Virus record (IMG/VR): IMGVR_UViG_3300044620_001883 | Location: 128,001 to 192,000 of that record | Length of the DNA stretch: 64,000 bases | Source: a virus | Lineage: Duplodnaviria; Caudoviricetes | Reading direction: 5' to 3' (one strand) | In this document: positions 34,843 to 45,217 of the stretch, one piece after another | Layout of the letters: each line of letters begins with the position of its first letter | Position numbering within the stretch: the stretch's first letter is position 1 | The notes under the pieces: generated by a model | The model's input: only the letters and a program-made list of their open reading frames with translations | Told to the model about the DNA's origin: nothing | Databases searched by the model: none | Translations under genes and position numbers: made by a program

Positions 34843-35619
34843 ATGCTCACCCCATCCAGAACCGCCAAAGAGTACGAGGAGATGCTGGACTTCGCGGAGC
34901 GGACCCAACAGGTCAAGCAGGCGCTGAACCCCCTTGCTCCCTTGAAGGCGCTCGGTAACGCTGTCTCACGTGGGGTTCAAAAGATCCCATTTATCGGGAA
35001 GCCTGCGGTCGCCTCCACTCCCTATCAGTTTGGTTACGGCGTGCCTGGTGCGGAAGTCGCCAGCGCCGCAGGCCAAGCCGCCACAGGACTCTTCAAGTGG
35101 GCACCCGCCGCGGGACGGCTCGCCACTGCTCCCATGCGCTGGGCGGCCAACAATCCACTGACGACCGTTATAGGAGGCGGAGCGTTGGCTCAAATCAACA
35201 GTACAGCTGACGACCTTCGGAACCGCATCGGTTCCTTTGCGGACGGTGTCTCGCACGGTGCCGCCGGTACGCTCCATGGTTTCGCCAACGCCCCGTTCGC
35301 TCAACGCTTGTCCGGCGCGTTGTTCCCGCAGGCGGCAATGAACAGCGAGAGCATGGGAGAGGCCATCAAGGCCCACACGGCCAAGCAGATGCAACAACAG
35401 TCCGCACCGGTGCGCATGATGCTCGGGGACACAATGGCACCGAGCATCATGGACAAGCTGCGGTTGATGCAGGCCGGGCAGAGTCCTGATTTGTCCCCGC
35501 GTGTCCGCGAACTTCTCCCGTTGGCAGGGGAGGCCCGCTTGCGAGGCATGCAGGACCTGTGGAAGAAGATCGAGGACTACACGACGCAGGGCACCAATGC
35601 CACTACCGCTGGTACTTGA
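34843..35619 (+). CDS. Ala/Gly-rich putative virion protein
   Basis: Start at ATG 34843 after the rpoC stop; QVKQAL motif. Confidence 0.6.
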   Translation: MLTPSRTAKEYEEMLDFAERTQQVKQALNPLAPLKALGNAVSRGVQKIPFIGKPAVASTPYQFGYGVPGAEVASAAGQAATGLFKWAPAAGRLATAPMRWAANNPLTTVIGGGALAQINSTADDLRNRIGSFADGVSHGAAGTLHGFANAPFAQRLSGALFPQAAMNSESMGEAIKAHTAKQMQQQSAPVRMMLGDTMAPSIMDKLRLMQAGQSPDLSPRVRELLPLAGEARLRGMQDLWKKIEDYTTQGTNATTAGT

Positions 35620-35632
35620 GCAGTACAGGCGC

Positions 35633-35661
35633 TTGCACGAATCGAAAGTCGCCCGCATGTT
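35633..35661 (+). promoter_or_regulatory. sigma70-like promoter
   Basis: TTGCAC-N17-CATGTT, ATG 35675 13 nt downstream. Confidence 0.45.
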
Positions 35662-35674
35662 TAACGTCAACAGC

Positions 35675-37999
35675 ATGCACCCCTCCATTTTATCCACGCT
35701 TTCCAAAGTTGCAGCCACGCAAACACCCGACGACAAGCAGGTCGAGCAGGCGTTCGCCGAACAGGCCTACATGATGTGTTCCAACAAGGCGGGGGTGCTC
35801 ATGAAAGACCCCTACCGGATCGGGTTTGAGATCATCACCAAGAATGATGACAACACCAAGCTGCTTGGTACATGGGGCTACCGCCTCGGTCGCAACTCCG
35901 CCGACCAGCTTCTGCATGCGCCATGCGCGTTCATCAACGGGCGCATTCTCATGACGGATCTTCTCTACCGCGCAGGCCCGAAGAAGTTCGTGGTCCATTG
36001 CCCGGACTGGGGCCAATACCTGGTGGACATGGAAGCCCAGGAGTACGGAAGGGCCCAAGACAAGTCCGACACAGCCAAGCTGCACAACAACTTCCGGGCC
36101 GAGCGCTTCCTTCGCACACCGGCAGCTTTCGGGAAAATTGCTTCTGAAGACCTTCCTGCAGACTGGCAGACGCTGGTCAGCGACTGGTGTCGTCAGGTCA
36201 AAGTGGGTGGAGTGCTGCGTGACTTCATGGTCCACGTGGGACGTGACACCGCGCTCGACACCCTGATGAGCTGGATGGACAAGTCCGCCAAATTTGAGCG
36301 CGCCGTGGGACTGCACCTGCCGACAGACACCTGGATGCCGGCCGAAATGTTGCATGACACCAAAGAGGCTGCTGCAAAAGACAACGTGGTGCTGCGCTAC
36401 TTCAGCGGCGCGCCGACAGAGGAGATGCTCAAGCAGGCGAGCCATCCGGAAAAGGTCGCGGCCGAGCTGTACCAACGTGGCTGGTCCATGGACGCCCCGG
36501 AGAACATCGACCCACCTGAACACTTCACCGTCGTGTATGATGGCGGACCGCCTGTACTGCGCAACCCCACCGGGCCTGGCGTCTGCATGCTCATCACCGC
36601 TGGTGGTGAAAAGGTCGAAGTCGTGGTCGGTACTGCCCTGTCGGGGTGGGACCTGACTTCAGATTCGTCCTCGAATGTCGGCGGTTACAACCCACCATCT
36701 CTCACTGCTTATGGGGACGACCGTCCCGCCCGCCCGCGCATGACGGTTCTGAACATCAGCAATTCGCAGGATGTCGGGACACTCTACGAAGGCAACGCGT
36801 CGCTCTGGAGCGAACCTCAGGACACCGGCACGCTGGACGAAGCCGGCACACCGGTGGAGGACATCACTGCTGACAACCTGTATTGTCTTCTGGATCCGGT
36901 GAACGGGGAGCTGACCGAGCCTGTGTACGTCATGGACAAACGCAAAGTCGGCGCAGTCTGGCACGTCACGGTGGCCCGCCATTCCGGCGGAACCGGCGGG
37001 TTGTTGGTCATCAATCCGGATGCCGCCAAACCACGGCTTCGCAATGTCATCAACAGCAAGTGGCGCGCCTTCAAGGTCCCTCACGAAAACTACACACGTG
37101 CCAGACCAGCAGGCGGTCTTACGTCGGACACCAACAAGTACGCCCCAGAGTGGAATGTGAAACCGTTGGTGCCCGCGAGTGAGCAAGACGTCACAGCCAG
37201 CATGCTGGAGATGCCGGGCGTCAAGGAAGCTTCACTCTCACACGAGACAGAGGCCGGACAGGATCTGTACACATTGCGGGTCGGACACCGCTCGACACTG
37301 CTGCTGCGCGAACGCCCTATGGCGCTGAAGCTGGCGTGCGAGCTGTGTGTCCACCCTGACGCGATTCAGGCGATGCTCAAGCAGGCACGCACGCAGGGCA
37401 CTGCCCGATTCCGCCTGGAACTGCCTACCAAGCTGGCCGGGGCTATGTTGCGCATCGTCGACTCTCCGCGTTTTGAGCAGTCCTTCGACAATGTGCACCA
37501 GGTGCCGGTTGAGCGTGACCAGGCAGCAGTGCTTCGCACCGAACGCACACCGATCTTTGTCCCCAATGCGCGCATCGGTGACAAACAGGACTCCACACGA
37601 GGCGTGCGAAACCAGGAGGACAACTCCATGGAATCCAAGCATCGTGTCCCGCCTGAAATGATCATGACGGCCAGCCCGGATGAACTGGCACAGTTTGCGG
37701 AATCGCACAATCTTCCACACGTGTTCGACCACGGCGTGATGGCCAGCCTGGCCAAGACCTACGACTCACAGCTGTTCCTGGACCAGTATCTGGTGAAGCT
37801 CGAGGACGGACTCGACGCGATGGCGCGCTGTCTGTTCTTGTACTACTGGAAGCCGCAGGACTGGAAACAGCTCTACGGGGCCGACGACCTGCAGGAACTG
37901 GAGGACCAGATGCTCAGCTCCTTCAAGAGTCTTGGTGATTTGCTGCTTGCATTGCTCAAGAAATCGCGGACCAGCAACAACGCACCGCGTTTGTCGTGA
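35675..37999 (+). CDS. large head-associated protein rich in KxA motifs
   Basis: SKVAA, GKIAS, TKEAA, LKQAS, EKVAA, VKEAS, TKLAG; lies upstream of the protease-scaffold-capsid module. Confidence 0.55.
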   Translation: MHPSILSTLSKVAATQTPDDKQVEQAFAEQAYMMCSNKAGVLMKDPYRIGFEIITKNDDNTKLLGTWGYRLGRNSADQLLHAPCAFINGRILMTDLLYRAGPKKFVVHCPDWGQYLVDMEAQEYGRAQDKSDTAKLHNNFRAERFLRTPAAFGKIASEDLPADWQTLVSDWCRQVKVGGVLRDFMVHVGRDTALDTLMSWMDKSAKFERAVGLHLPTDTWMPAEMLHDTKEAAAKDNVVLRYFSGAPTEEMLKQASHPEKVAAELYQRGWSMDAPENIDPPEHFTVVYDGGPPVLRNPTGPGVCMLITAGGEKVEVVVGTALSGWDLTSDSSSNVGGYNPPSLTAYGDDRPARPRMTVLNISNSQDVGTLYEGNASLWSEPQDTGTLDEAGTPVEDITADNLYCLLDPVNGELTEPVYVMDKRKVGAVWHVTVARHSGGTGGLLVINPDAAKPRLRNVINSKWRAFKVPHENYTRARPAGGLTSDTNKYAPEWNVKPLVPASEQDVTASMLEMPGVKEASLSHETEAGQDLYTLRVGHRSTLLLRERPMALKLACELCVHPDAIQAMLKQARTQGTARFRLELPTKLAGAMLRIVDSPRFEQSFDNVHQVPVERDQAAVLRTERTPIFVPNARIGDKQDSTRGVRNQEDNSMESKHRVPPEMIMTASPDELAQFAESHNLPHVFDHGVMASLAKTYDSQLFLDQYLVKLEDGLDAMARCLFLYYWKPQDWKQLYGADDLQELEDQMLSSFKSLGDLLLALLKKSRTSNNAPRLS

Positions 38000-38886
38000 C
38001 CGCTGAAACCATTGCCATCCTTGCAGGCTCTCTCCCGGACCATGTGATCCGGGACAGCGGCTTTGGGGGTCGTGTGGAGTTTGAGCCGACCTGGGGCTAT
38101 AACGCCGACGTGCAGCGTTTCATCTCTGCCTACCGGGATATGGATTTCGGGTGGCGGTATGTGCGGGCGCTGGTGTCCAACAAACTGCCGTTCCTGGGCG
38201 CACCACTACACGGAGACGACGAGGTTCTGTTTCGTGCTTACCTGTTCTGCCGGGATCCGAAGCGGTACAAGTCTCCGGACATCGAGCTCGCGCTGGCGCT
38301 GGCCATGGGGCAGATGACGTCAAGCCGCGCCACTGTGGAAGGTTTACTGCTCTCGGCTGATTCGAGCTTGAAGGTTGTGGCCAAAACCACTGGCATGCCG
38401 GTGGAGGCCATTCAGGCCTTCGAGCGCCTGTTCTTCAACGTGGTGGACCGACGGGAGGACACCATGTACTTGCAGTCCATCGTGTACCCACACGGGCGCA
38501 TGGTCGAGCTGGTGGAAGGTTACCTGGAGAACACCAGCTTGTGCGATTTGATCCGAAGGGCTGGGTACAACAATGGCGCAGCGGATGTCCTGTACTTGAT
38601 GGGAGCCTCCAGCAGCGCGCTGGACGCCATAGCGCAGGCGTCGTCACCCAAGCAATTGGAAAGTCTCATGATGGCCTATGGGTACATGCTGGCACGAAAC
38701 GGCGGCATGAACCAGGCACGCGGCGCGGGTCTCAACAACGCCAAGGCGCTCCTGACTGCGGGCAAGCTTGGCGGCGAAACTATTGATGACACGCCTATGG
38801 AGGCGAACATGAGTACCGTGCTGAAGAACGAGATGATGCGCTGGGCGCAACCAGCTGTGCGGTTGGTCGAGGGCGAAAGCAACTGA
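37996..38886 (+). CDS. hypothetical helical protein
   Basis: 296 aa, GTGA overlap. Confidence 0.65.
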   Translation: MTAETIAILAGSLPDHVIRDSGFGGRVEFEPTWGYNADVQRFISAYRDMDFGWRYVRALVSNKLPFLGAPLHGDDEVLFRAYLFCRDPKRYKSPDIELALALAMGQMTSSRATVEGLLLSADSSLKVVAKTTGMPVEAIQAFERLFFNVVDRREDTMYLQSIVYPHGRMVELVEGYLENTSLCDLIRRAGYNNGAADVLYLMGASSSALDAIAQASSPKQLESLMMAYGYMLARNGGMNQARGAGLNNAKALLTAGKLGGETIDDTPMEANMSTVLKNEMMRWAQPAVRLVEGESN

Positions 38887-38905
38887 GGAGCCGGAGCAAA
38901 AACGG

Positions 38906-38934
38906 TTGCGTGTGTGTCGTCACGACAGCATCGT
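38906..38934 (+). promoter_or_regulatory. sigma70-like promoter (leaderless)
   Basis: TTGCGT-N17-CATCGT, ATG 38942 7 nt downstream. Confidence 0.5.
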
Positions 38935-38941
38935 TTGCAGC

Positions 38942-40477
38942 ATGCACGCTAGGCAGATCGAATCCGCACTCAAAACTGTCATCGCACGTCTCAAATCCAA
39001 AGAGGCGGCGCGGTCACAAACAACCATGGAGAACGTACTGATCGAGTACGGCGATGAAAACAACCTGGCACCTGCGCAGTTGGAGAAGCTGGCGCAAACG
39101 CTCAATCTGACGCTTACCCTGTCCCACGCCAAGCAGGCCAATCCGGATGGGCGCGGGGACACGTTCGACATTGTCTCCACCCCGCAGCTGCTCTCCCGGT
39201 TCATGGATCCTGAGCGCAAACCTGAGAAGTCCGCAGCCGACAAAGGCCTGCCGGAGGACGGCTGGACCGCCAAGCTCCACAAAGCGCGGGCGAAGGATTT
39301 CAAGGCACCGGCCAATGGTCTGGTGGATATCCCAGACAAGGGAAAGCTCCCAACGATGAAAGTGGCTTCGGCACAGTGTGAGGAGCTGCCAAGCTGGCAG
39401 GGATTCACAGTGGGAGATCACTTCAAGGACACTCCCCGCAGCGCTCCGCGTTGGGCGACCATCGACAAAGTCATGGACAACCCCCAACAGACCAGTGGTT
39501 GGCACAAGGAGGCCTCCGCTGCTTTACGCGCACCGACAGTCAATGCGGCTGTCCTGAGTGAGATGGCCGACACGGCCTGGGTGAACATGCGCAACGGCTT
39601 GAACAAGCTGGCTGCGTTGATGCGGCACAATGTCGGCATCTACCCTGAAATCATCCAGGATATCCGGGCCTGCAACGTGAAGGGCGCGGCCGTGGTGTCG
39701 CTGTTCGACCGGCATCTGGATGCGCTCGTGCTCCCACGCAGCCCGGTGCCACCTGACACTCGTGACTTCTACCGTGACAGGCACAAGGTGGCCGCAATCG
39801 TTGACGCTATCCTTGACGCCCATGAGGAGCGCCAGGCGTGCCTCGCCGTGCGGGAGGACATCTTGCGCGCCAAGGAAGCGGGCACTGCGACAGAGACACG
39901 CCCTGACACTTCTGTAAAAAAAAAGGAGCGACGTGCTGATATCCCAGACCCCAACAGTTACTTTCCAGACCGCGTCGTAGCTGAAAACACCACCCCGCAG
40001 GCCCTGCGGGATGCTCTGTTTAGCGCCAGTTCCCTTGGACAAGGCGTGGCGGGAGCGGGTGCCTCAGCGGCCCAAGGGCTAGCATCTCAGACGTCCAACG
40101 TACTGCCCACCGCGACAGATCAAGCCCAGCGCATGTCCGACGGCTACGCGACATTGTTCGGAGACTCGCACTCGAAACAGTACAACCGGCTGGCCACCAA
40201 GATGGAAGCCTGGCAGCAAGGTGCGGTTTTGCAGCGCCTTCTTATGACTGACGAGGTGCTGTCCAAAATGGACCCGTCGCAGGTTATCGGCGCCTTTCAA
40301 ACGCTGCGTGCCAACAGCCCGCGCGTGGCGCGCGACATCAACGTGAGCCGCACGCTTTTGCGCGAGGCTCTTCAACACCAGGGTGTTCCGCTGCAGCAGA
40401 TCAAGACGCTTCGGGACGTCGAGGGTAAAACCCGACCAGACCCAACCGTCGAGTCCAATTCCAAAGAACGTTCATGA
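38942..40477 (+). CDS. putative head internal protein rich in KxA motifs
   Basis: SKEAA, AKQAN, EKSAA, MKVAS, HKEAS, NKLAA, AKEAG. Confidence 0.55.
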   Translation: MHARQIESALKTVIARLKSKEAARSQTTMENVLIEYGDENNLAPAQLEKLAQTLNLTLTLSHAKQANPDGRGDTFDIVSTPQLLSRFMDPERKPEKSAADKGLPEDGWTAKLHKARAKDFKAPANGLVDIPDKGKLPTMKVASAQCEELPSWQGFTVGDHFKDTPRSAPRWATIDKVMDNPQQTSGWHKEASAALRAPTVNAAVLSEMADTAWVNMRNGLNKLAALMRHNVGIYPEIIQDIRACNVKGAAVVSLFDRHLDALVLPRSPVPPDTRDFYRDRHKVAAIVDAILDAHEERQACLAVREDILRAKEAGTATETRPDTSVKKKERRADIPDPNSYFPDRVVAENTTPQALRDALFSASSLGQGVAGAGASAAQGLASQTSNVLPTATDQAQRMSDGYATLFGDSHSKQYNRLATKMEAWQQGAVLQRLLMTDEVLSKMDPSQVIGAFQTLRANSPRVARDINVSRTLLREALQHQGVPLQQIKTLRDVEGKTRPDPTVESNSKERS

Positions 40478-40854
40478 TCATCATCCGCCACACCATTGAA
40501 TTGCTAGGTCGTAACTGGATCTGTACGTTCCAGTTAGATCCGGCCGCCGCCAATCCCATCTCCCCACTCCAGCAGGAAAAACTGCGGCAGTTCGGACAGA
40601 TGCAAGTCGCCCGCGGTGGTACAGTGACACCCGCAACAGGCGACCCTGTCGTTCTGGCCGAGGCTGACGTTTACCTTCCCGGGGACTTTCCATTCAAGCA
40701 GGTCTTCAGCCTGGATGATTATGACAACGCGGCGAGTCTGGTTACAGCCTGGAAGACCTTGATGTTGTCTCGTATCCAGGCGGCAAATCTGACCTTCATG
40801 GCAAACACGGCAGCACCTGTCGAGGGCTCCACCACCATCACTGACGATGCATAA
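40474..40854 (+). CDS. hypothetical protein
   Basis: 126 aa, ATGA overlap. Confidence 0.6.
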   Translation: MIIIRHTIELLGRNWICTFQLDPAAANPISPLQQEKLRQFGQMQVARGGTVTPATGDPVVLAEADVYLPGDFPFKQVFSLDDYDNAASLVTAWKTLMLSRIQAANLTFMANTAAPVEGSTTITDDA

Positions 40855-41983
40855 CAAAACAGCCAATTGGTTGGACGATATTAAGGCACAGCTTGAAAGC
40901 GTCAAACGGCACGCCGCCGCCAGCCCGTACGCGAAAGGTTCTCTCATCGGCGGCGCCGCCGGTGCTGCGCTTGCTGGTGGTGCCAGCTGGCAGAACAGCG
41001 AAGATGGTGACACTCCGGCGTTGCGTCGTCGGCGTATCCTGCGGGATGCCTTGATGGGTGGTGTGCTCGGCGCTGGTGCAGGCGCGGCTCTGCCGGCCTT
41101 TGGTGACATAGCAAAGCAGCTCGCACCCCCACCAACAGCCGAACAGTCCACCGCGGCCCGTATTGCCAACATTTTCGCAGATGACAAACCTCTAGGTGGG
41201 CTGACAGGCACAACCTTGGGTGGGGTGGGAGGCTTCACAGCCGAACGTTATTTCCGACGGGGCAATGTGCTGGACAAAGTACACTCCCATTTGAATGGTG
41301 TTCTTAACGGTGCGCATGGTGTGTACAAGGACATCACCAAAGCGGTTGCCGATGAGATGAATCATTTGAAGGGTACAGCCATTGGCGGACAACCGCATTG
41401 GAACAATGCCTTCGATGAACTCATTCACAAGAGAATGGAAGCCCTGAATCTCGACAAAAGCGTGTTGGCGCCGAACGTCTGGAGTCAAAGATGGAAAGAA
41501 CAAGTCAAGGATTGGGAAACGGAGGCGCGTAAGACGCATTTGAAGCGTTACGACCCCACGCTTGCCACGTTCACGGAAGACTTCGGGCGGACGCCTGTGG
41601 CAAATGGAATATCAAAACATCAAGGCGCGTTGTTTGGTGGATTTGGTCCTCAAGGTTTCTTGGGGCGCTGGTTTTCACGGGCTACCAGCCCAGGAGGAGC
41701 GTCAGCAGATCAATTGGGGCTAAGGTTGCTTCGCGAAAAAAACTTCACAGCAGCCCAGGCAGCGGCAGAGCTCGAAAAAATCATGCACGACCCTGCCAAG
41801 CATCCCGACTTCACCCGTAACATGGCCAAAACGTACAGCGGACGCGGAATCCACACGGGTATCACAGGCCGGTCGATCGGCGCAACGGCGCTTGGCGCGG
41901 CGCTACCCTCCATCATCCCGTACGCCATCCCAGCTGTCGCGGCGGCCAAGGGCCTCCTTAAAAGCACGGTCAGCGACCAATAA
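40847..41983 (+). CDS. Gly-zipper putative ejection/internal protein
   Basis: GSLIGGAAGAALAGG, LMGGVLGAGAG and LTGTTLGGVGG segments; N-terminal HNKTAN. Confidence 0.55.
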   Translation: MHNKTANWLDDIKAQLESVKRHAAASPYAKGSLIGGAAGAALAGGASWQNSEDGDTPALRRRRILRDALMGGVLGAGAGAALPAFGDIAKQLAPPPTAEQSTAARIANIFADDKPLGGLTGTTLGGVGGFTAERYFRRGNVLDKVHSHLNGVLNGAHGVYKDITKAVADEMNHLKGTAIGGQPHWNNAFDELIHKRMEALNLDKSVLAPNVWSQRWKEQVKDWETEARKTHLKRYDPTLATFTEDFGRTPVANGISKHQGALFGGFGPQGFLGRWFSRATSPGGASADQLGLRLLREKNFTAAQAAAELEKIMHDPAKHPDFTRNMAKTYSGRGIHTGITGRSIGATALGAALPSIIPYAIPAVAAAKGLLKSTVSDQ

Positions 41984-41993
41984 CACACCAACC

Positions 41994-43490
41994 ATGCAAC
42001 CCTCTCTTCTGCAGCGTGAATCTGGCATATCCAAGACCTTCATGGCCCATGACTGGCCAGGACTCGTGGAAGACATGTCAGGGCATCTGACGACATTATT
42101 CGAACGCGGACATATCAAGACTGCCGCGTCGGATCTGTTCAGTCGCAAGGACCTCGACGACCATGCCCCGCCGCCTGGGTACTTTATGATCCATCAGACC
42201 GTGATGGGATCCGAGGAAGGTTACGGATTCAACAACAACGGCGACAGCTACCCGGACGAGACGTTGAAGCGCGACCACCCGACATTCGTCACACACGGCC
42301 GCGTGTACCGGGAGCACCGCAACCGCGACCCCGAGAAAGCCATTGGGGTCATCAAGGCCGCGCGTTACTCGCAGAAGATGCAGCGCGTTGAACTCCTCAA
42401 GCACCTGGAGATCAGCAAAGCCGAGAAGGAGTATGAGATGGCCAAGGCAGGCAAAGAACTGCATGCCAGCATGGCCTGCCGTGTCCCGTTTGACGTGTGC
42501 TCTTGCTGTGAGCAAAAGGCCAAGTACGCAAGCCTGTACTGCAGCCACCTCAAGGAACGCATGATGCAATGGATACCATCATTCAAGAAGTATGCGCATG
42601 CCCGCAATACGATCTGCACCTTCTTCGACTCCAGTGTCGTCGAGAACCCGGCAGCGCGCGAGGCCAAGCACATCGAGTATCGATTCGGCCCGGAACTCCT
42701 GAAGGCAGCCAGCACACGTCCGTCCTTCTCCGGCGCGCAGTGGGCCGAGTTTGAAGGTGTGGATCTTTCCCAACACCTCACCATGAACCAAACCGAGACG
42801 TCTATCCTGCAGAAGCTGGCCAGCATTGAAGCATCGAACGCCCCCGACAGGTATCGGGACAACGTGTCCATGCATGGCTTCGCGAACACACACAACCTGC
42901 GGGATGAAGAGTGGGCGGCAGTGCAAAAGCTGCTGCCGGGTACATTGTTCAATAAACTGGCACGGCGGCGTGTGCTGCTGCCCTTTGATCTGTTTGCCGC
43001 GTACGCGACAGGACGCAATCCGTCCGAGATCCGGAGCGACGCGGACTTCACCAAAGCAGCCAGCATGCTTCCGGGGATTTTCCGGGCGCTGGCCAGCGCG
43101 CTTGAAGGCGGCTCCAGCGGTGGGGGTTGTGGCTGCAATCAAGAGGACATGGACATGTTCAGGGCTTCCTCCAATTCAGCCGCCGCCTTCGATCCCGGCA
43201 GCAGTGATGAGGTGGACAAGGTCATGGACAAAGCGACGGAACAGTTCAGCGCGGAGGCGGAACCGATTCGTCGTCGCGCCATTGTGATGATCACAATCAA
43301 GAAGGCGCAAGCCCGTGGTCCTGTACTTCCAGCACCGGCACCATTGGATCTTCCACCTTTGCTGTCGTTGTACGGGTTGTACAAAATAGCGGCTGTGCGC
43401 GACATGCTGCACCTCGCGCAGGACAACAAACAGGACGTCGAACACGAGCTGCTGCGATGCAGCGTTGACCAGAACTCCTTTGCACTTTAA
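41994..43490 (+). CDS. prohead (capsid maturation) serine protease with Zn-finger insert
   Basis: NNNGDSYP..TF...VYREHRN.D...IG; SMACRVPFDVCSCC...YCSH; FFDSSVVENPA; located upstream of scaffold and MCP genes. Confidence 0.8.
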   Translation: MQPSLLQRESGISKTFMAHDWPGLVEDMSGHLTTLFERGHIKTAASDLFSRKDLDDHAPPPGYFMIHQTVMGSEEGYGFNNNGDSYPDETLKRDHPTFVTHGRVYREHRNRDPEKAIGVIKAARYSQKMQRVELLKHLEISKAEKEYEMAKAGKELHASMACRVPFDVCSCCEQKAKYASLYCSHLKERMMQWIPSFKKYAHARNTICTFFDSSVVENPAAREAKHIEYRFGPELLKAASTRPSFSGAQWAEFEGVDLSQHLTMNQTETSILQKLASIEASNAPDRYRDNVSMHGFANTHNLRDEEWAAVQKLLPGTLFNKLARRRVLLPFDLFAAYATGRNPSEIRSDADFTKAASMLPGIFRALASALEGGSSGGGCGCNQEDMDMFRASSNSAAAFDPGSSDEVDKVMDKATEQFSAEAEPIRRRAIVMITIKKAQARGPVLPAPAPLDLPPLLSLYGLYKIAAVRDMLHLAQDNKQDVEHELLRCSVDQNSFAL

Positions 43491-43492
43491 GT

Positions 43493-43521
43493 TTGACACA
43501 CTAGTACAGCGCTTCGATCAT
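43493..43521 (+). promoter_or_regulatory. sigma70-like promoter of the scaffold-capsid operon
   Basis: TTGACA-N17-GATCAT. Confidence 0.5.
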
Positions 43522-43544
43522 TTATCACCAGCACACGCACTCTC

Positions 43545-44714
43545 ATGAACCAGACCCCTATTCTATCTTCACAAGACCTTCGCAACCGCGTCGCCGAGTT
43601 TCGCGCACAGCGCAAACAGGCAGCGGACAGCGGTGCACCCCAGGATCCTACCCTTGCTGGTGTGACCACCATTCCGGTACAGCCTGACGCTGAAAATCCC
43701 AACAAGCTGCAGACACCGGGTGCCAACGGTACAAACAAAAAGGACGCTCAGCCCTCCGACAGTCTGCTGACCACCGACACCAATCCTTCTCCTTCCGGTT
43801 CGGGTGCCGTTCCTTCGCTCACAAACGGTACAGCCGCAGACACTGCCGCCACCGGGGTGATCGCCACCGCAACTTCGAAGTCGGCTGGGTTCCTTGCGAA
43901 CCTCAAGTCACTCTCGGCCAAGTCCACGGAACTGCATGCGCAGCTGCACGGCAAGCAAGCCTCCGCTCCGGCTCCGGCCGTTACTCCCACTCCCGCCGTG
44001 GAGGCAGTTCCTGCTGGTTCCCTGGAAGATGCGCTGAAACAGGCTTCGGAAGTTTTTGCCAGTGTGGGTGAGCTGGTCTGCGGTGACGCCGACGGCAAGC
44101 GCCTGGTGGAACAACTTCTCATCAAGCAGGCCGGTCAAGTCCAGGCCCTGCAGATGCTCAAGGAAGCCGAAATCGCTGCTGACGTGTACGCCCGTGCTGG
44201 TGCGATCCACGAAGAGCAGCGCGCCAAACAGGCCGCCGAAGACGCTGCTTTCCAGCAGTACTTTGGAAACCTCACACCGCTGGAACAGCATCGCATCACC
44301 AAGCTCGCTGCCATCCAGGAGCAGGACGCGCAGTTCCTTGCGTCGGAAGACGACGCCTTCTGGTACACCAAAGGCGCCGCTGCGGCGCAGGCCGCCATGG
44401 ATCAGGCGGAGGCCGCCGGTGCGGAGCCCGACCCGTCCCAGATGGCTATGCCTGGCGGTGACGGTGGTATGCCTCCTCCCGAGGAGATCCTCCAGATTCT
44501 GGAGATGCTCGTTCAGTCCGGCAAAATCTCTCCTGAAGAGGCCCAACAGCTCATGCAGGAAATCATGGGTGCTGAAGGCGGTGCCCCTCCTGAAGGCGCT
44601 CCTCCTGAAGGTGCCGTGCCTGAAGGTGGCGACATCCCACCAAGCGAGGAAGAGAAGGCTGCCGCAGCCCGCCTCGCGCTCTGCGGTACGCACATCGTGC
44701 AGGTCCCGGCTTAA
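43545..44714 (+). CDS. scaffold-like protein
   Basis: Helical and disordered; nine K-x-A motifs; located between the protease and capsid genes. Confidence 0.6.
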   Translation: MNQTPILSSQDLRNRVAEFRAQRKQAADSGAPQDPTLAGVTTIPVQPDAENPNKLQTPGANGTNKKDAQPSDSLLTTDTNPSPSGSGAVPSLTNGTAADTAATGVIATATSKSAGFLANLKSLSAKSTELHAQLHGKQASAPAPAVTPTPAVEAVPAGSLEDALKQASEVFASVGELVCGDADGKRLVEQLLIKQAGQVQALQMLKEAEIAADVYARAGAIHEEQRAKQAAEDAAFQQYFGNLTPLEQHRITKLAAIQEQDAQFLASEDDAFWYTKGAAAAQAAMDQAEAAGAEPDPSQMAMPGGDGGMPPPEEILQILEMLVQSGKISPEEAQQLMQEIMGAEGGAPPEGAPPEGAVPEGGDIPPSEEEKAAAARLALCGTHIVQVPA

Positions 44715-44755
44715 TTCACCGCTTCACACGCTCAACCTGTCTCACACGCTCTCCT

Positions 44756-45187
44756 ATGTTACCTGAAACCGCTCAACTTGCTGCTGAAGCTGCTGAAGTC
44801 GTCGCCAGTAACATGGAGGCGATCGAGATGCTCAAGCAAGCCGCACACGACGCGGAAAAGCAGGCGGCCGAAACAATTCGAGGCCTGCGCGCACGTGTGG
44901 GCGATCTCGAGGTTCAGGTCAAAGCCGCAACAGGGTTTGTGCCCAGCGACGAAGAGGTTGGCCTTGTCGCCGACCACATGGTGCGGCTGGGCTTCATTCT
45001 TGCCAACGAAAAGCAGGCAGCAGGCGCGTCGCTTCGAGCGAACCCTGCGAAACTGATCAACGTGGTGGACCGCATGGCCTCCCACATCTCATCCCCTTTG
45101 ATGGCTGCCGAGGGTTCACCCATTAAGCAGACCAACACCAAATTTGCCGGTCAGTCGGGCACCAAGGTCGCAAGCCCCTGGTACTGA
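44756..45187 (+). CDS. small scaffold-like protein
   Basis: Coiled coil; six K-x-A motifs in 143 aa. Confidence 0.55.
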   Translation: MLPETAQLAAEAAEVVASNMEAIEMLKQAAHDAEKQAAETIRGLRARVGDLEVQVKAATGFVPSDEEVGLVADHMVRLGFILANEKQAAGASLRANPAKLINVVDRMASHISSPLMAAEGSPIKQTNTKFAGQSGTKVASPWY

Positions 45188-45217
45188 CCCCGGTAATACA
45201 CCCCAACAAACACGACT

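Noticed and set aside
39916-39924. A9 run as a slippage or frameshift site
   Set aside because: Reads in frame as V-K-K-K and the ORF continues normally
26316-41993. Long 5' extensions given by the ORF track (26316, 30019, 34675, 35501, 38906, 41892)
   Set aside because: They overlap upstream genes or promoters; downstream ATGs fit operon packing and promoter spacing better
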